DNA of 11,070 bases from Candidatus Undinarchaeota archaeon (GTDB lineage Archaea > SpSt-1190): NCBI GenBank assembly GCA_964549355.1, contig CAZJUS010000026.1, positions 1-11,070 on the forward strand. The letters run 5' to 3'. The position numbers and the translations under genes are program-made. A model generated the notes under the pieces. That model made no database searches and was not told the origin of the DNA. It saw only the letters and a list, made by a program, of their open reading frames with translations. Within the stretch, counting starts at the first letter, position 1. Every line of letters starts with the position of its first letter. Below, in pieces: positions 1 to 7,031 of this stretch.

Positions 1-2
1 TA

Positions 3-926
3 CCCGCAACCGACAAAGTCCGCGACTTCCAGCTCAGAAAGGACATGACTGTCAATGAACTGCTGGCCCAGATGCGCGCATCCGGGGGCTTCACCGCCAA
101 GAAGCTGGGGGTTGCTGCAGAAATCCTGAAGGACATGGTGGCCGACAAGGCCTCGACCAATTTTTTCAGCTTCCCCGCATGCATCAACGCCACCGGCACC
201 CGCGGGGCCGTCCTGGAAGCAGTCAAGCGGGGCTGGTTCAAAGTCCTGATTGGGACGTGCGGGACCCTCGACCATGACATAGGCAGGCTTTTCGCCGACT
301 ACTACCACGGCAGCTTCCAGATGGACGACAATGAACTGCGCCACCAGCACATCTACAGGCTGGGCAATGTCCTGGTGCCGGAGGAAAGCTACGGGGCCCC
401 GATTGAGGATTTCCTGGCCGAGATGTTCAAGGACATGGGCGAGGGGGAGATGGGGACCCATGAATTTGTCTGGGAGATGGGGAAGCGTCTGGAAAACCAT
501 CCAAAAAAAGGGGAAAGTTTGATTTATTGGATATACAAGAAGAAGATTCCTTTCATTATTCCCGGCCCGTATGATGGTGCAGTGGGCTACAATTTGTGGC
601 TCCACCAGCAGGACCACAAGCTCAGGCTGGACCTGACCCGGGACGAGAAGCTCCTCAGCGACACTGTGTTCAGGGCCGAGAAGACCGGAGCCCTGATAGT
701 CGGAGGAGGCATAAGCAAGCACCACACCATCTGGTGGAACCAATTCCGCGACGGGCTCGACTATGCTGTCTACCTCACCACAGCAGTTGAGCACGACGGC
801 TCACTCAGCGGGGCGCGCCTGCGCGAAGCGGTCAGCTGGAACAAAGTCCAGGAGAATGCCAGGTATGTAACGGTGGAGGGAGACGCCACAATCACCCTGC
901 CGATTCTGATGGCAAGTCTGCTTTAG
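3..926 (+). CDS. dys: Deoxyhypusine synthase (aIF5A hypusination); 5' end lies upstream of the window
   Basis: Frame is open from nt 3 ([20 protein letters not shown]...), so the ATG at 45 is probably internal. Family motifs: [44 protein letters not shown] (catalytic Lys equivalent), [10 protein letters not shown]. Confidence 0.95.
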   Translation, partial: PATDKVRDFQLRKDMTVNELLAQMRASGGFTAKKLGVAAEILKDMVADKASTNFFSFPACINATGTRGAVLEAVKRGWFKVLIGTCGTLDHDIGRLFADYYHGSFQMDDNELRHQHIYRLGNVLVPEESYGAPIEDFLAEMFKDMGEGEMGTHEFVWEMGKRLENHPKKGESLIYWIYKKKIPFIIPGPYDGAVGYNLWLHQQDHKLRLDLTRDEKLLSDTVFRAEKTGALIVGGGISKHHTIWWNQFRDGLDYAVYLTTAVEHDGSLSGARLREAVSWNKVQENARYVTVEGDATITLPILMASLL

Positions 927-2815
927 GCTGTTGCAGCTTTCTTGCTCTTCTGCGCTTTTATCTCAAAAATAGGCGTTTCTTTCCTTTTGATCTGCTTTAC
1001 CAGTTTGCTGCCGTTCACCAGTGCATTGGCGACCACATCCTCGAGAGTCTTGACAGGAATCACTTCAAGCTTCTTGATTTTTTCAATGACTATGTCCTTC
1101 ATATTGCTTTCCGGAACGAGAACTCTTTTTATGCCTGCTTCAATAGCTGCTTCAAGCTTGGGATTTATGCCTCCGATGGACAGGACGTCCCCTCTGATTG
1201 AAAGCGAGCCCGTCATAGCGGTGTCCTGCCTCACCTTGGCCCGTGAGATGGCGGAGATTATAGCATTCGCAACTGCAATGCTGGCGGAGTCCCCCTCCAC
1301 GCCCTCATAGGTCTGGAGGAACTGGACGTAGATGTCATACTCGCGCAGGTCCTTGCCGAACCACTTGCGGATTGTGGCCGACACATTCTTTACGGCCTCA
1401 TTGGCAATCTTCCCCAGGTTGCCGGTGGCAATGACCTCGCTTTTGGTCCCGCTGCAGGGCACCACTTCGGCCTCAATCGGCAGGACTATGCCCGCGTCGC
1501 CCAAGACTGCCAGGCCGTTCACCCTCCCGACCATCTCCCCCTCAGTCATTATGACCTGGTACTCCTTCTTCCGGTCGATATACATGTGGGCCACCTGCTT
1601 CTCCAGGGGCCTCGCCCTCAGGACAGCCTTCATTATGTGCTTCTTGCCGACAAGCTTGGCTTTTTCCTGCTGTGCCAAATCCCCTGCAGCGCGGATTAAA
1701 CCCCCCAGCTCCCTCAGCCGGAGCGTCAGATGCCCTTTCCTGTCGGCCATCCTTCTTGCAATCCTTATGATCTCGACAATGCCCTGGGTCGAAAAGTGCG
1801 GGATTTTTTTGTCCTTCCTCACTTCCTGGGCAATGAACCTGATCAATTTTTCTTCATTCTCCTTGGTGTCGGACATGGTCTCATTCATGAACACCTCATA
1901 TCCGCTGCCCTGGACCCTGCTCCTCATCGCCGGATGGATTTTGCGCATGGTGTCCAAATTGCCTGCAGCCACCAGGACAAAGTCGCAGGGGGCGGGCGTT
2001 GTCCTGACCATGGCGCCGGCGCTCCTCTCGCTCCGGCCGGTGATTGGAAATTTCTTCTCCTGCATGCCGGTCAGCAGGGCCACCTGCATCTTGGGTTCCA
2101 GAGTCGCAATTTCATCAATGAACAGCACCCCCCTGTGGGCGCGGTGGATTGCACCTGCCTCCACCCTTTCATGGGATGGGGTCTGGAGGCCTCCCGACTG
2201 GAAGGGGTCGTGCCGGACATCGCCGAGCAGGGAGCCTTCATGGGCGCCCGTCGCATCAACAAAGGGCGCCTTCTCCCCGGTGCGGTGGCTGACCAGCACC
2301 TTGGGTATATTGATGATTTTGCTGGTCTTCAGCTGCTGGCTGAGCATCATCAAAAATGCAGCTGCAATAATTCCGCTGAAGAGGGCCTGCGGCATCCGCA
2401 TAATGAAAGTGTAGTAGAAAGTAATCACCCCGATGGCAACCATCAAGGCTGTGATTATAGTGCTCCGCGTACTGGAGACCATCTTGGCTTTCTCCCGGAA
2501 CTGGTGGGCCACCACCTTGCCGTACCCCGCGGGGAAGGATTTTATGATTGGTTTGTTCTCGTCTTCAGGATTCGGGAACACCACGAGGTCCTCCAGCTCC
2601 TCAACAGGCAGGAGCTCCGACATCCCCTGCGCCAGCATGCTCTTGCCCGTCCCGGGCTTTCCAATCAAAAGTATGTGCCTCTTCTGGAGGGCCGCCCTCT
2701 TGACAATGTCGACCGCTTTCTCCTGCCCGATCACTTGGTCAATGATTTTCGGAGGCACTTTTATGGATGCCGTCGATTTCGGAATTTCCGCCTTAAAACC
2801 TCTTACCTTGACCAC
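923..2815 (-). CDS. lonB: ATP-dependent Lon protease, archaeal membrane-anchored LonB type
   Basis: DQVIGQE; Walker A GKPGTGKS; two hydrophobic segments ([35 protein letters not shown]) inserted in the AAA domain; [12 protein letters not shown]; Walker B VLFIDE; protease Ser in EGDSAS and Lys in [13 protein letters not shown] start, supported by a TATA box 20 nt upstream. Confidence 0.97.
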   Translation of the reverse strand: MVKVRGFKAEIPKSTASIKVPPKIIDQVIGQEKAVDIVKRAALQKRHILLIGKPGTGKSMLAQGMSELLPVEELEDLVVFPNPEDENKPIIKSFPAGYGKVVAHQFREKAKMVSSTRSTIITALMVAIGVITFYYTFIMRMPQALFSGIIAAAFLMMLSQQLKTSKIINIPKVLVSHRTGEKAPFVDATGAHEGSLLGDVRHDPFQSGGLQTPSHERVEAGAIHRAHRGVLFIDEIATLEPKMQVALLTGMQEKKFPITGRSERSAGAMVRTTPAPCDFVLVAAGNLDTMRKIHPAMRSRVQGSGYEVFMNETMSDTKENEEKLIRFIAQEVRKDKKIPHFSTQGIVEIIRIARRMADRKGHLTLRLRELGGLIRAAGDLAQQEKAKLVGKKHIMKAVLRARPLEKQVAHMYIDRKKEYQVIMTEGEMVGRVNGLAVLGDAGIVLPIEAEVVPCSGTKSEVIATGNLGKIANEAVKNVSATIRKWFGKDLREYDIYVQFLQTYEGVEGDSASIAVANAIISAISRAKVRQDTAMTGSLSIRGDVLSIGGINPKLEAAIEAGIKRVLVPESNMKDIVIEKIKKLEVIPVKTLEDVVANALVNGSKLVKQIKRKETPIFEIKAQKSKKAATA

Positions 2816-2835
2816 CCAAGTTGTTGGATTTAACC

Positions 2836-2843
2836 TTTAAAAA
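2836..2843 (-). promoter_or_regulatory. Putative TATA box for lonB (TTTTTAAA on minus strand)
   Basis: Matches the archaeal TATA consensus and ends 20 nt before the lonB GTG, the same spacing as three other promoters in this window. Confidence 0.65.
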
Positions 2844-2860
2844 GCTCTGTTTTCATCAGG

Positions 2861-2887
2861 AAGCATCCGGGAAATTTTTCCATGCTT
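2861..2887. repeat. Imperfect inverted repeat AAGCAT(ccg)GGAAA-tt-TTTCC-ATGCTT between the divergent TATA boxes
   Basis: AAGCAT 2861-2866 / ATGCTT 2882-2887 and GGAAA 2870-2874 / TTTCC 2877-2881, read directly from the sequence. Function unknown. Confidence 0.5.
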
Positions 2888-2889
2888 GT

Positions 2890-2916
2890 GGGGCATCTCT
2901 TTTATATGGACGCCCC
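2890..2916. repeat. Inverted repeat GGGGCATC-N11-GACGCCCC enclosing the asnS TATA box
   Basis: 7 of 8 positions complementary (8 of 8 with a G-U pair on the minus strand). The spacer contains TTTTATAT. Confidence 0.5.
2900..2907 (+). promoter_or_regulatory. Putative TATA box for asnS (TTTTATAT)
   Basis: Consensus-like TATA ending 20 nt before ATG 2928; no Shine-Dalgarno sequence in between. Confidence 0.7.
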
Positions 2917-2927
2917 CTTCCTTTTTC

Positions 2928-4202
2928 ATGTACACCAAGACGGCAGAAATCCCGCGGAAATCCGGGGAGCAGGTCAGACTGCGGGGCTGGGTGCACCGGC
3001 TCCGCCGGCTGGGGGGCAAAATTTTCGTAGTCCTCCGCGATTCAACCGGACTCATCCAGGCGGTGGTTGCTGCCAATAATGTCCACGGAAAGCTCGACAC
3101 CGAGGCTTCAGTTGAAATCGCAGGAAAAGTGGTCGCCGACAAGAGGGCCCCGCGGGGCTTCGAAGTCCAGGCGACTGAGCTGAAGGTCATCGGCGAATCG
3201 GCGCCGGACTGGCCGTTCCACAGGTACCTCAGCACCGAAATGGAGCTGGACCTGCGACACCTCTGGGTGCGGAGCACCAGGATTCAGAATGCACTCAGGG
3301 CCAAGGCAACCATCATCAGGGGCCTCAGGTCCTATCTTGACACGCACGGGTTCACTGAAGTGGCGCCCCCTATTTTTGTGAGCTCCGCCTGCGAAGGGGG
3401 CTCGACTTTATTTGAAGTCCCGTATTTCGGCGGAAAAGCATACCTCTCCCAGTCGGGCCAGCTCTACTCGGAGTCCGTCCTGCCTGCCCTTGAGAAAGTA
3501 TATGCATTCGCCCCAAGCTTCCGGGCGGAGAAATCCAGGACCCGCCGCCACGTAACTGAGTACTGGCATCTGGAGCCTGAAGTTGCCTGGATTGGCTGGA
3601 AAGAGAACATAGACCTGCAGGAGCGCCTGCTCAAGGACACCATCAAATTCCTGCTTGACAGCAGTCCGGTCGTCATGGAAAACTTCCAGGACAGGATACC
3701 CGAACTGGAAAAATGGCGGAAGCAGAAATGGGTGCGCATCCGGTACGAGGAAGCTATTGATTTGCTGAAGACCAAACTCAAATTCCCCAAAGCCAAAATC
3801 GGGGAGGACCTGGGCACCAAGGAGGAGCTGGCCCTGACCGCCCACTTTGACGGCTTCGTTGCAGTCACCCACTATCCGCGCGATATGAAAGCCTTCTATA
3901 TGAAGGTGGACGAGCAGGACCCGAGGTGGGTGCTGGCCAACGACACCCTGGCCCCCTATGTGGGGGAGATTATTGGAGCCAGCGAGAGGGAGTGGAGGCA
4001 CGACCTGCTGCTGGAGAATATGAAAATACACAAGCTCAACCCCAAGGACTACTCATGGTATCTGGACCTGCGGAAATACGGCTCGGTCCCGCACAGCGGT
4101 TTCGGCCTGGGCATTGAAAGGTTCATGATGTCCCTGCTCAAACTGGAGCACATCAGGGACACCCTGCCGTACCCGCGCTTCATGAACAGGACTTATCCAT
4201 AA
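2928..4202 (+). CDS. asnS: Asparagine--tRNA ligase (archaeal type); start reassigned from 2886 to ATG 2928
   Basis: OB-fold VRLRGWVHRLR...FVVLRDSTGLIQ; CEGGSTLF; AYLSQSGQLY; motif 2 FRAEKSRTRRHVTEYWHLE (AsnRS-type); WYLDLRKYGSVPHSGFGLGIER (motif 3). The ORF-track extension 2886-2927 overlaps the promoter. Confidence 0.92.
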   Translation: MYTKTAEIPRKSGEQVRLRGWVHRLRRLGGKIFVVLRDSTGLIQAVVAANNVHGKLDTEASVEIAGKVVADKRAPRGFEVQATELKVIGESAPDWPFHRYLSTEMELDLRHLWVRSTRIQNALRAKATIIRGLRSYLDTHGFTEVAPPIFVSSACEGGSTLFEVPYFGGKAYLSQSGQLYSESVLPALEKVYAFAPSFRAEKSRTRRHVTEYWHLEPEVAWIGWKENIDLQERLLKDTIKFLLDSSPVVMENFQDRIPELEKWRKQKWVRIRYEEAIDLLKTKLKFPKAKIGEDLGTKEELALTAHFDGFVAVTHYPRDMKAFYMKVDEQDPRWVLANDTLAPYVGEIIGASEREWRHDLLLENMKIHKLNPKDYSWYLDLRKYGSVPHSGFGLGIERFMMSLLKLEHIRDTLPYPRFMNRTYP

Positions 4203-4209
4203 GGATGAT

Positions 4210-5604
4210 TCACCGTGTATACCTGCTGTCCACCGGCCTCAGCCGGGCCTTCTTCCTCAGGTCTTCAATATTCTTGGCCCCTGTATGGGCCATCCCGCTC
4301 TTGACACCGTTCACAAGCTCGCGGAGGACATCTTCGACATTCCCGGAATATGGAACCAAAACTTCCCTGCCTTCCACCGCACGGCCGTACCCGTGCCTGC
4401 TTCCCAGGGCCTCTTTCGACGCCATCCCCCTGTAGATTCTGTACTTGACGCCGGACTCGCTTTCGACCATCTTCCCGGGGGCCTCATATGTGCCTGAAAG
4501 CAGCCCGCCGACCATGACCGAGTCGGCGCCGATTGCAAGGGCGATGGTGATGTCGCCCGACTTCTCGATGCCTCCGTCCGCAACAAGGGGCAGATATCCA
4601 AAGCCTTCCTCATCCAGCCCTTTTTTTGAGTCATAGACTGCACTCGCCTGCGGTTTGCCCGCCCCCGTGACCTCCCAGGTCGTGCACGCCCTGCCCGGGC
4701 CGATGCCCACCTTGATGCCGTCCGCCCCCGCCTGGGCCAGCGCCACCGCCCCGTCCCCTGTCGCAACATTGCCGGCAACCACATCAACAGCACCGCCGTA
4801 CTCTTTCTTTATTTTTTTGACAGTGTCGATGACCGCCCCGCAGTAGCCGTGCGATGAATCAATTACAAGCACATCAACTTTTGCTTGGTACAGGGCTTCA
4901 ACTCTTCCGGCATCCCGGGGAAAGACCCCCACCGCAGCCCCCACCTTAAGCCTCCCCTCCTTGTCCCGGGTCGCTGCCTTGTGGCTGGAGTCCTCAAGGA
5001 GGTCGCTGGAGATTGCCAGGCCGTAAAGCTTCCTGTTTTTCAAAATAGGAATTTTGCCAATCCCTTCCTGCTTCATCACTTCCATGATGTCCTCCTTGGT
5101 CGCCCCGAACTCAAGGCTGACATAATCATCCTTCATTATTTCACTGACCTGCTCCGCGCCCCCAATCACTCCAAGGTGGATGGCCGGCTTGGTTACCAGA
5201 CCAACCATTTCATTCCTGCTGTTGATTACAGGGAAAGTCCCAAAGCCGAGGTCTTTGGAGAGTTCATAAACCTCGGCCACTCTCATGTCCCCCGTGACTG
5301 TGGTGGGGTTGATTACGATATACCCGCTCCTCTTCACCTCGCGCACCATGTCCGCCTGGTCCTTGGGGGGCATATTGCGGTGGAGCACGCCCAAAGCTCC
5401 ATTCAATGCCATGGCTTTTGCCATCCTGGTCTCTGTTACTGTGTCCATGGCGGCGGATACTATTGGAATTTCCAGCCCAATGCTCCGGGAGAATCTGCTG
5501 CGGACGCTGGGCTCCGTCGGGTGGACATCAGACCTCCCCGGCTCCAAAATAAGGTTCTCGTAATGGTAGGTTGCCGCGCCTTCAAAAAGTTCATGCCTTG
5601 CCAT
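4210..5604 (-). CDS. IMP dehydrogenase / GMP reductase family oxidoreductase with tandem CBS domains (divergent; reaction uncertain)
   Basis: [21 protein letters not shown] pair at about aa 95-205, [35 protein letters not shown] (Cys307), ADGGI, YRGMAS. Family assignment is secure; guaB versus guaC is not, so no symbol is given. Confidence 0.9.
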   Translation of the reverse strand: MARHELFEGAATYHYENLILEPGRSDVHPTEPSVRSRFSRSIGLEIPIVSAAMDTVTETRMAKAMALNGALGVLHRNMPPKDQADMVREVKRSGYIVINPTTVTGDMRVAEVYELSKDLGFGTFPVINSRNEMVGLVTKPAIHLGVIGGAEQVSEIMKDDYVSLEFGATKEDIMEVMKQEGIGKIPILKNRKLYGLAISSDLLEDSSHKAATRDKEGRLKVGAAVGVFPRDAGRVEALYQAKVDVLVIDSSHGYCGAVIDTVKKIKKEYGGAVDVVAGNVATGDGAVALAQAGADGIKVGIGPGRACTTWEVTGAGKPQASAVYDSKKGLDEEGFGYLPLVADGGIEKSGDITIALAIGADSVMVGGLLSGTYEAPGKMVESESGVKYRIYRGMASKEALGSRHGYGRAVEGREVLVPYSGNVEDVLRELVNGVKSGMAHTGAKNIEDLRKKARLRPVDSRYTR

Positions 5605-5624
5605 ATATCCCCAAGCCGGCCATG

Positions 5625-5639
5625 ATATAAAGTTTTCCA
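5625..5639 (-). promoter_or_regulatory. BRE + TATA promoter for the IMPDH/GMPR-family gene (TGGAAAA-CTTTATAT)
   Basis: Minus strand reads GGAAAACTTTATAT, a purine-rich BRE abutting the TATA box, ending 20 nt before ATG 5604. Confidence 0.75.
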
Positions 5640-5644
5640 GGCGT

Positions 5645-5675
5645 CAATAAGGCTTTAAAAGAAGGAAGCCTATTG
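5645..5675. repeat. Inverted repeat CAATA(A)GGCTT-N10-AAGCCTATTG overlapping the nop5 TATA box
   Basis: 10 complementary pairs with one bulged A, read directly from the sequence. Confidence 0.5.
5653..5660 (+). promoter_or_regulatory. Putative TATA box for the nop5 operon (CTTTAAAA)
   Basis: Ends 20 nt before GTG 5681; preceded by A-rich CAATAAGG. Confidence 0.65.
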
Positions 5676-5680
5676 CCACT

Positions 5681-6634
5681 GTGGTCCAGCTGGTAAAAAC
5701 TCCGTTGGGATTTTTCGTCGTGGCCCTGAAAAACCAGGTGGTGGAATTTCAGGAGACCCATGGGAGCCCCAAGGAAATCGCCGAAAATATAGATGCGGAA
5801 TACGAGCAGTGGCGCAAAGCCATGGAGGCCAAAGCCTACGATGTCGAGGACGGGGACGAAAGGCCCCTGGACCCGATGAAGGTCGTGGGCCTGATAGGCA
5901 TCTCCGAGGAGGCCTTCCTCAACGCGTCCCGCGAAGTCGGCATAGAACTCGCCAAGCAGGCCATCAAGAAGCATATCAGCAGGGACTACCTGATTGTCCA
6001 GGTCGTCGGAGCGCTTGACGACACAACCAAAGCCATAAACCTGCTGGCCAACAGGGCGATGGAGTGGTACGGCCTCCACTATCCGGAATTCAAGGAAGAC
6101 GATATGGAGAAGTATATCGCAGGCCTCCTGAAGCACAAGCGGGGGGAGAGCATGGGGCTGGAAATTGATGAAATAGACCTCAATTCCATCCGCGATTATG
6201 CGGACGGCATACATGAACTGATAAAGCGGAAGAAAGCCCTTGAAGGCTATCTCGACAAGCTCATGGAAGCGGTGGCCCCGAATATAAGGGCCATAGCGGG
6301 CTCGAATCTGGGGGCGCGCCTGATTGCCCGGGCGGGAAGCCTCAAAGGCATGTCCCGCCTGCCTGCAAGCACTATACAGGTCCTGGGCGCTGAGAAGGCC
6401 CTCTTCAAGCACCTCCAGAAAGGCGTCCCCCCTCCAAAGCATGGAATCATATTCCAGCACAATGCAATTGCCGGCGCTCCGAAGAAAGACAGGGGCAGAC
6501 TGGCCAGGACTCTGGCCACCAAAATCTCCATTGCATCGAAAATCGACTATTTTTCAGGCGACTTCCGCCAGTCTTTGGTTGATGAATGGAATGAAAGAAT
6601 AAAAGAAGTAAACAATCCAAAAGGAAGTGAATGA
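5681..6634 (+). CDS. nop5: Box C/D sRNP scaffold protein Nop5 (Nop56/58 homolog)
   Basis: RDYLIVQVV, EWYGLHYPE, VAPN, LGARLIARAGSL, LPASTIQVLGAEKALFKHL, PPKHGIIFQH, RGRLARTLATKISIASKIDYF; located upstream of fibrillarin. Confidence 0.96.
   Translation: MVQLVKTPLGFFVVALKNQVVEFQETHGSPKEIAENIDAEYEQWRKAMEAKAYDVEDGDERPLDPMKVVGLIGISEEAFLNASREVGIELAKQAIKKHISRDYLIVQVVGALDDTTKAINLLANRAMEWYGLHYPEFKEDDMEKYIAGLLKHKRGESMGLEIDEIDLNSIRDYADGIHELIKRKKALEGYLDKLMEAVAPNIRAIAGSNLGARLIARAGSLKGMSRLPASTIQVLGAEKALFKHLQKGVPPPKHGIIFQHNAIAGAPKKDRGRLARTLATKISIASKIDYFSGDFRQSLVDEWNERIKEVNNPKGSE
6623..6630 (+). promoter_or_regulatory. Shine-Dalgarno-like GGAAGTGA for ATG 6636
   Basis: One mismatch to the archaeal GGAGGTGA consensus, 5 nt before the ATG. 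Confidence 0.45.
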
Positions 6635-6635
6635 A

Positions 6636-7031
6636 ATGTCGAAAAAGGAATGGCAAAAATATGATTTGTTTCAAAATGTAATGACGGCTGTTATTTGTTT
6701 GGTCACCCTGCTTGGGTTCTATTACGCCTACCAGATAACGCGGTTTGCATTCATCGGCGTCTCCAACTTTCTCATTTTTATCGGTGCAGTGAATTTGATT
6801 ATACTGGAATCCATTTTGCTGCTGATTATTCTGATTTACGATGTTTTCAAGAAAAATGAAGACCGCAAGGAAAAAGCGCAGAAAAAAGAAAAAATTGAAA
6901 GAGCCATCACTGTTGAAGAATTTGCGAGAGCATACGCCCGGTTCGGAGGCAGGAGGCCAAAAGTGAAAAAAGTCCGCGCAGTGAATAAAAAATCAACGAC
7001 CAGGAAAAAGCAGAAGGTGAAGAAGAAATGA
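6636..7031 (+). CDS. Hypothetical membrane protein, 2 predicted TM helices plus a Lys/Arg-rich C-terminal tail (131 aa; alternative GTG start at 6627)
   Basis: Exactly fills the nop5-fibrillarin gap: starts 1 nt after the nop5 stop and shares an ATGA overlap with fibrillarin. SD-like site upstream. Hydrophobic stretches VMTAVICLVTLLGFYYAY and FLIFIGAVNLIILESILLLIILIYDVF. No family recognised. Confidence 0.8.
   Translation: MSKKEWQKYDLFQNVMTAVICLVTLLGFYYAYQITRFAFIGVSNFLIFIGAVNLIILESILLLIILIYDVFKKNEDRKEKAQKKEKIERAITVEEFARAYARFGGRRPKVKKVRAVNKKSTTRKKQKVKKK
7013..7020 (+). promoter_or_regulatory. Shine-Dalgarno GAAGGTGA for fibrillarin
   Basis: GGTGA core ends 7 nt before ATG 7028. Confidence 0.6.

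Noticed and set aside
829..846. DHS active-site variant SWNK instead of the usual SWGK
   Set aside because: The catalytic Lys and NAD-binding motifs are retained; one substitution does not support a changed function.
923..2815. Intein in LonB (a known archaeal intein host)
   Set aside because: 630 aa with contiguous AAA and protease motifs; no room for an intein and no splice-junction or LAGLIDADG motifs.
942..2840. Long + strand ORFs antisense to lonB (360 aa, 367 aa and others)
   Set aside because: Shadow ORFs of a GC-rich, codon-biased gene; no recognisable motifs or initiation signals.
2845..2925. Minus strand resembles a type II hammerhead layout: GAAG-hairpin-AC-hairpin-C-CUGAUGA
   Set aside because: The core needs GAAA paired to UH, but here it is GAAG and AC. 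There is an extra C before CUGAUGA, the flanks cannot form stem II, and the region doubles as promoter DNA. An Infernal search with hammerhead models would settle it.
2886..2927. N-terminal extension of AsnRS given by the ORF track (MWGISFIWTPPSFF)
   Set aside because: It overlaps the TATA box; homology and promoter spacing support ATG 2928.
2790..2930. CUGAUGA (2853-2859, minus strand) as the box C or D of a C/D guide sRNA
   Set aside because: No downstream CUGA at a suitable distance and no convincing upstream RUGAUGA. I found no credible C/D sRNA in any intergenic gap despite nop5 and flpA being nearby.
4618..4628. Slippery A-run (TCA AAA AAA GGG on the minus strand) in the guaB-like gene, and a similar run at 503-513 in dys
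   Set aside because: Both genes are intact in frame 0, the runs are Lys-Lys-Gly codons, and no meaningful alternative-frame product is evident.
3108..6531. Antisense and alternative-frame ORFs over asnS, the guaB-like gene and nop5 (e.g. 3408-4031, 4885-5625, 5591-6460)
   Set aside because: They overlap well-supported genes, lack family motifs, and some run through promoter DNA.
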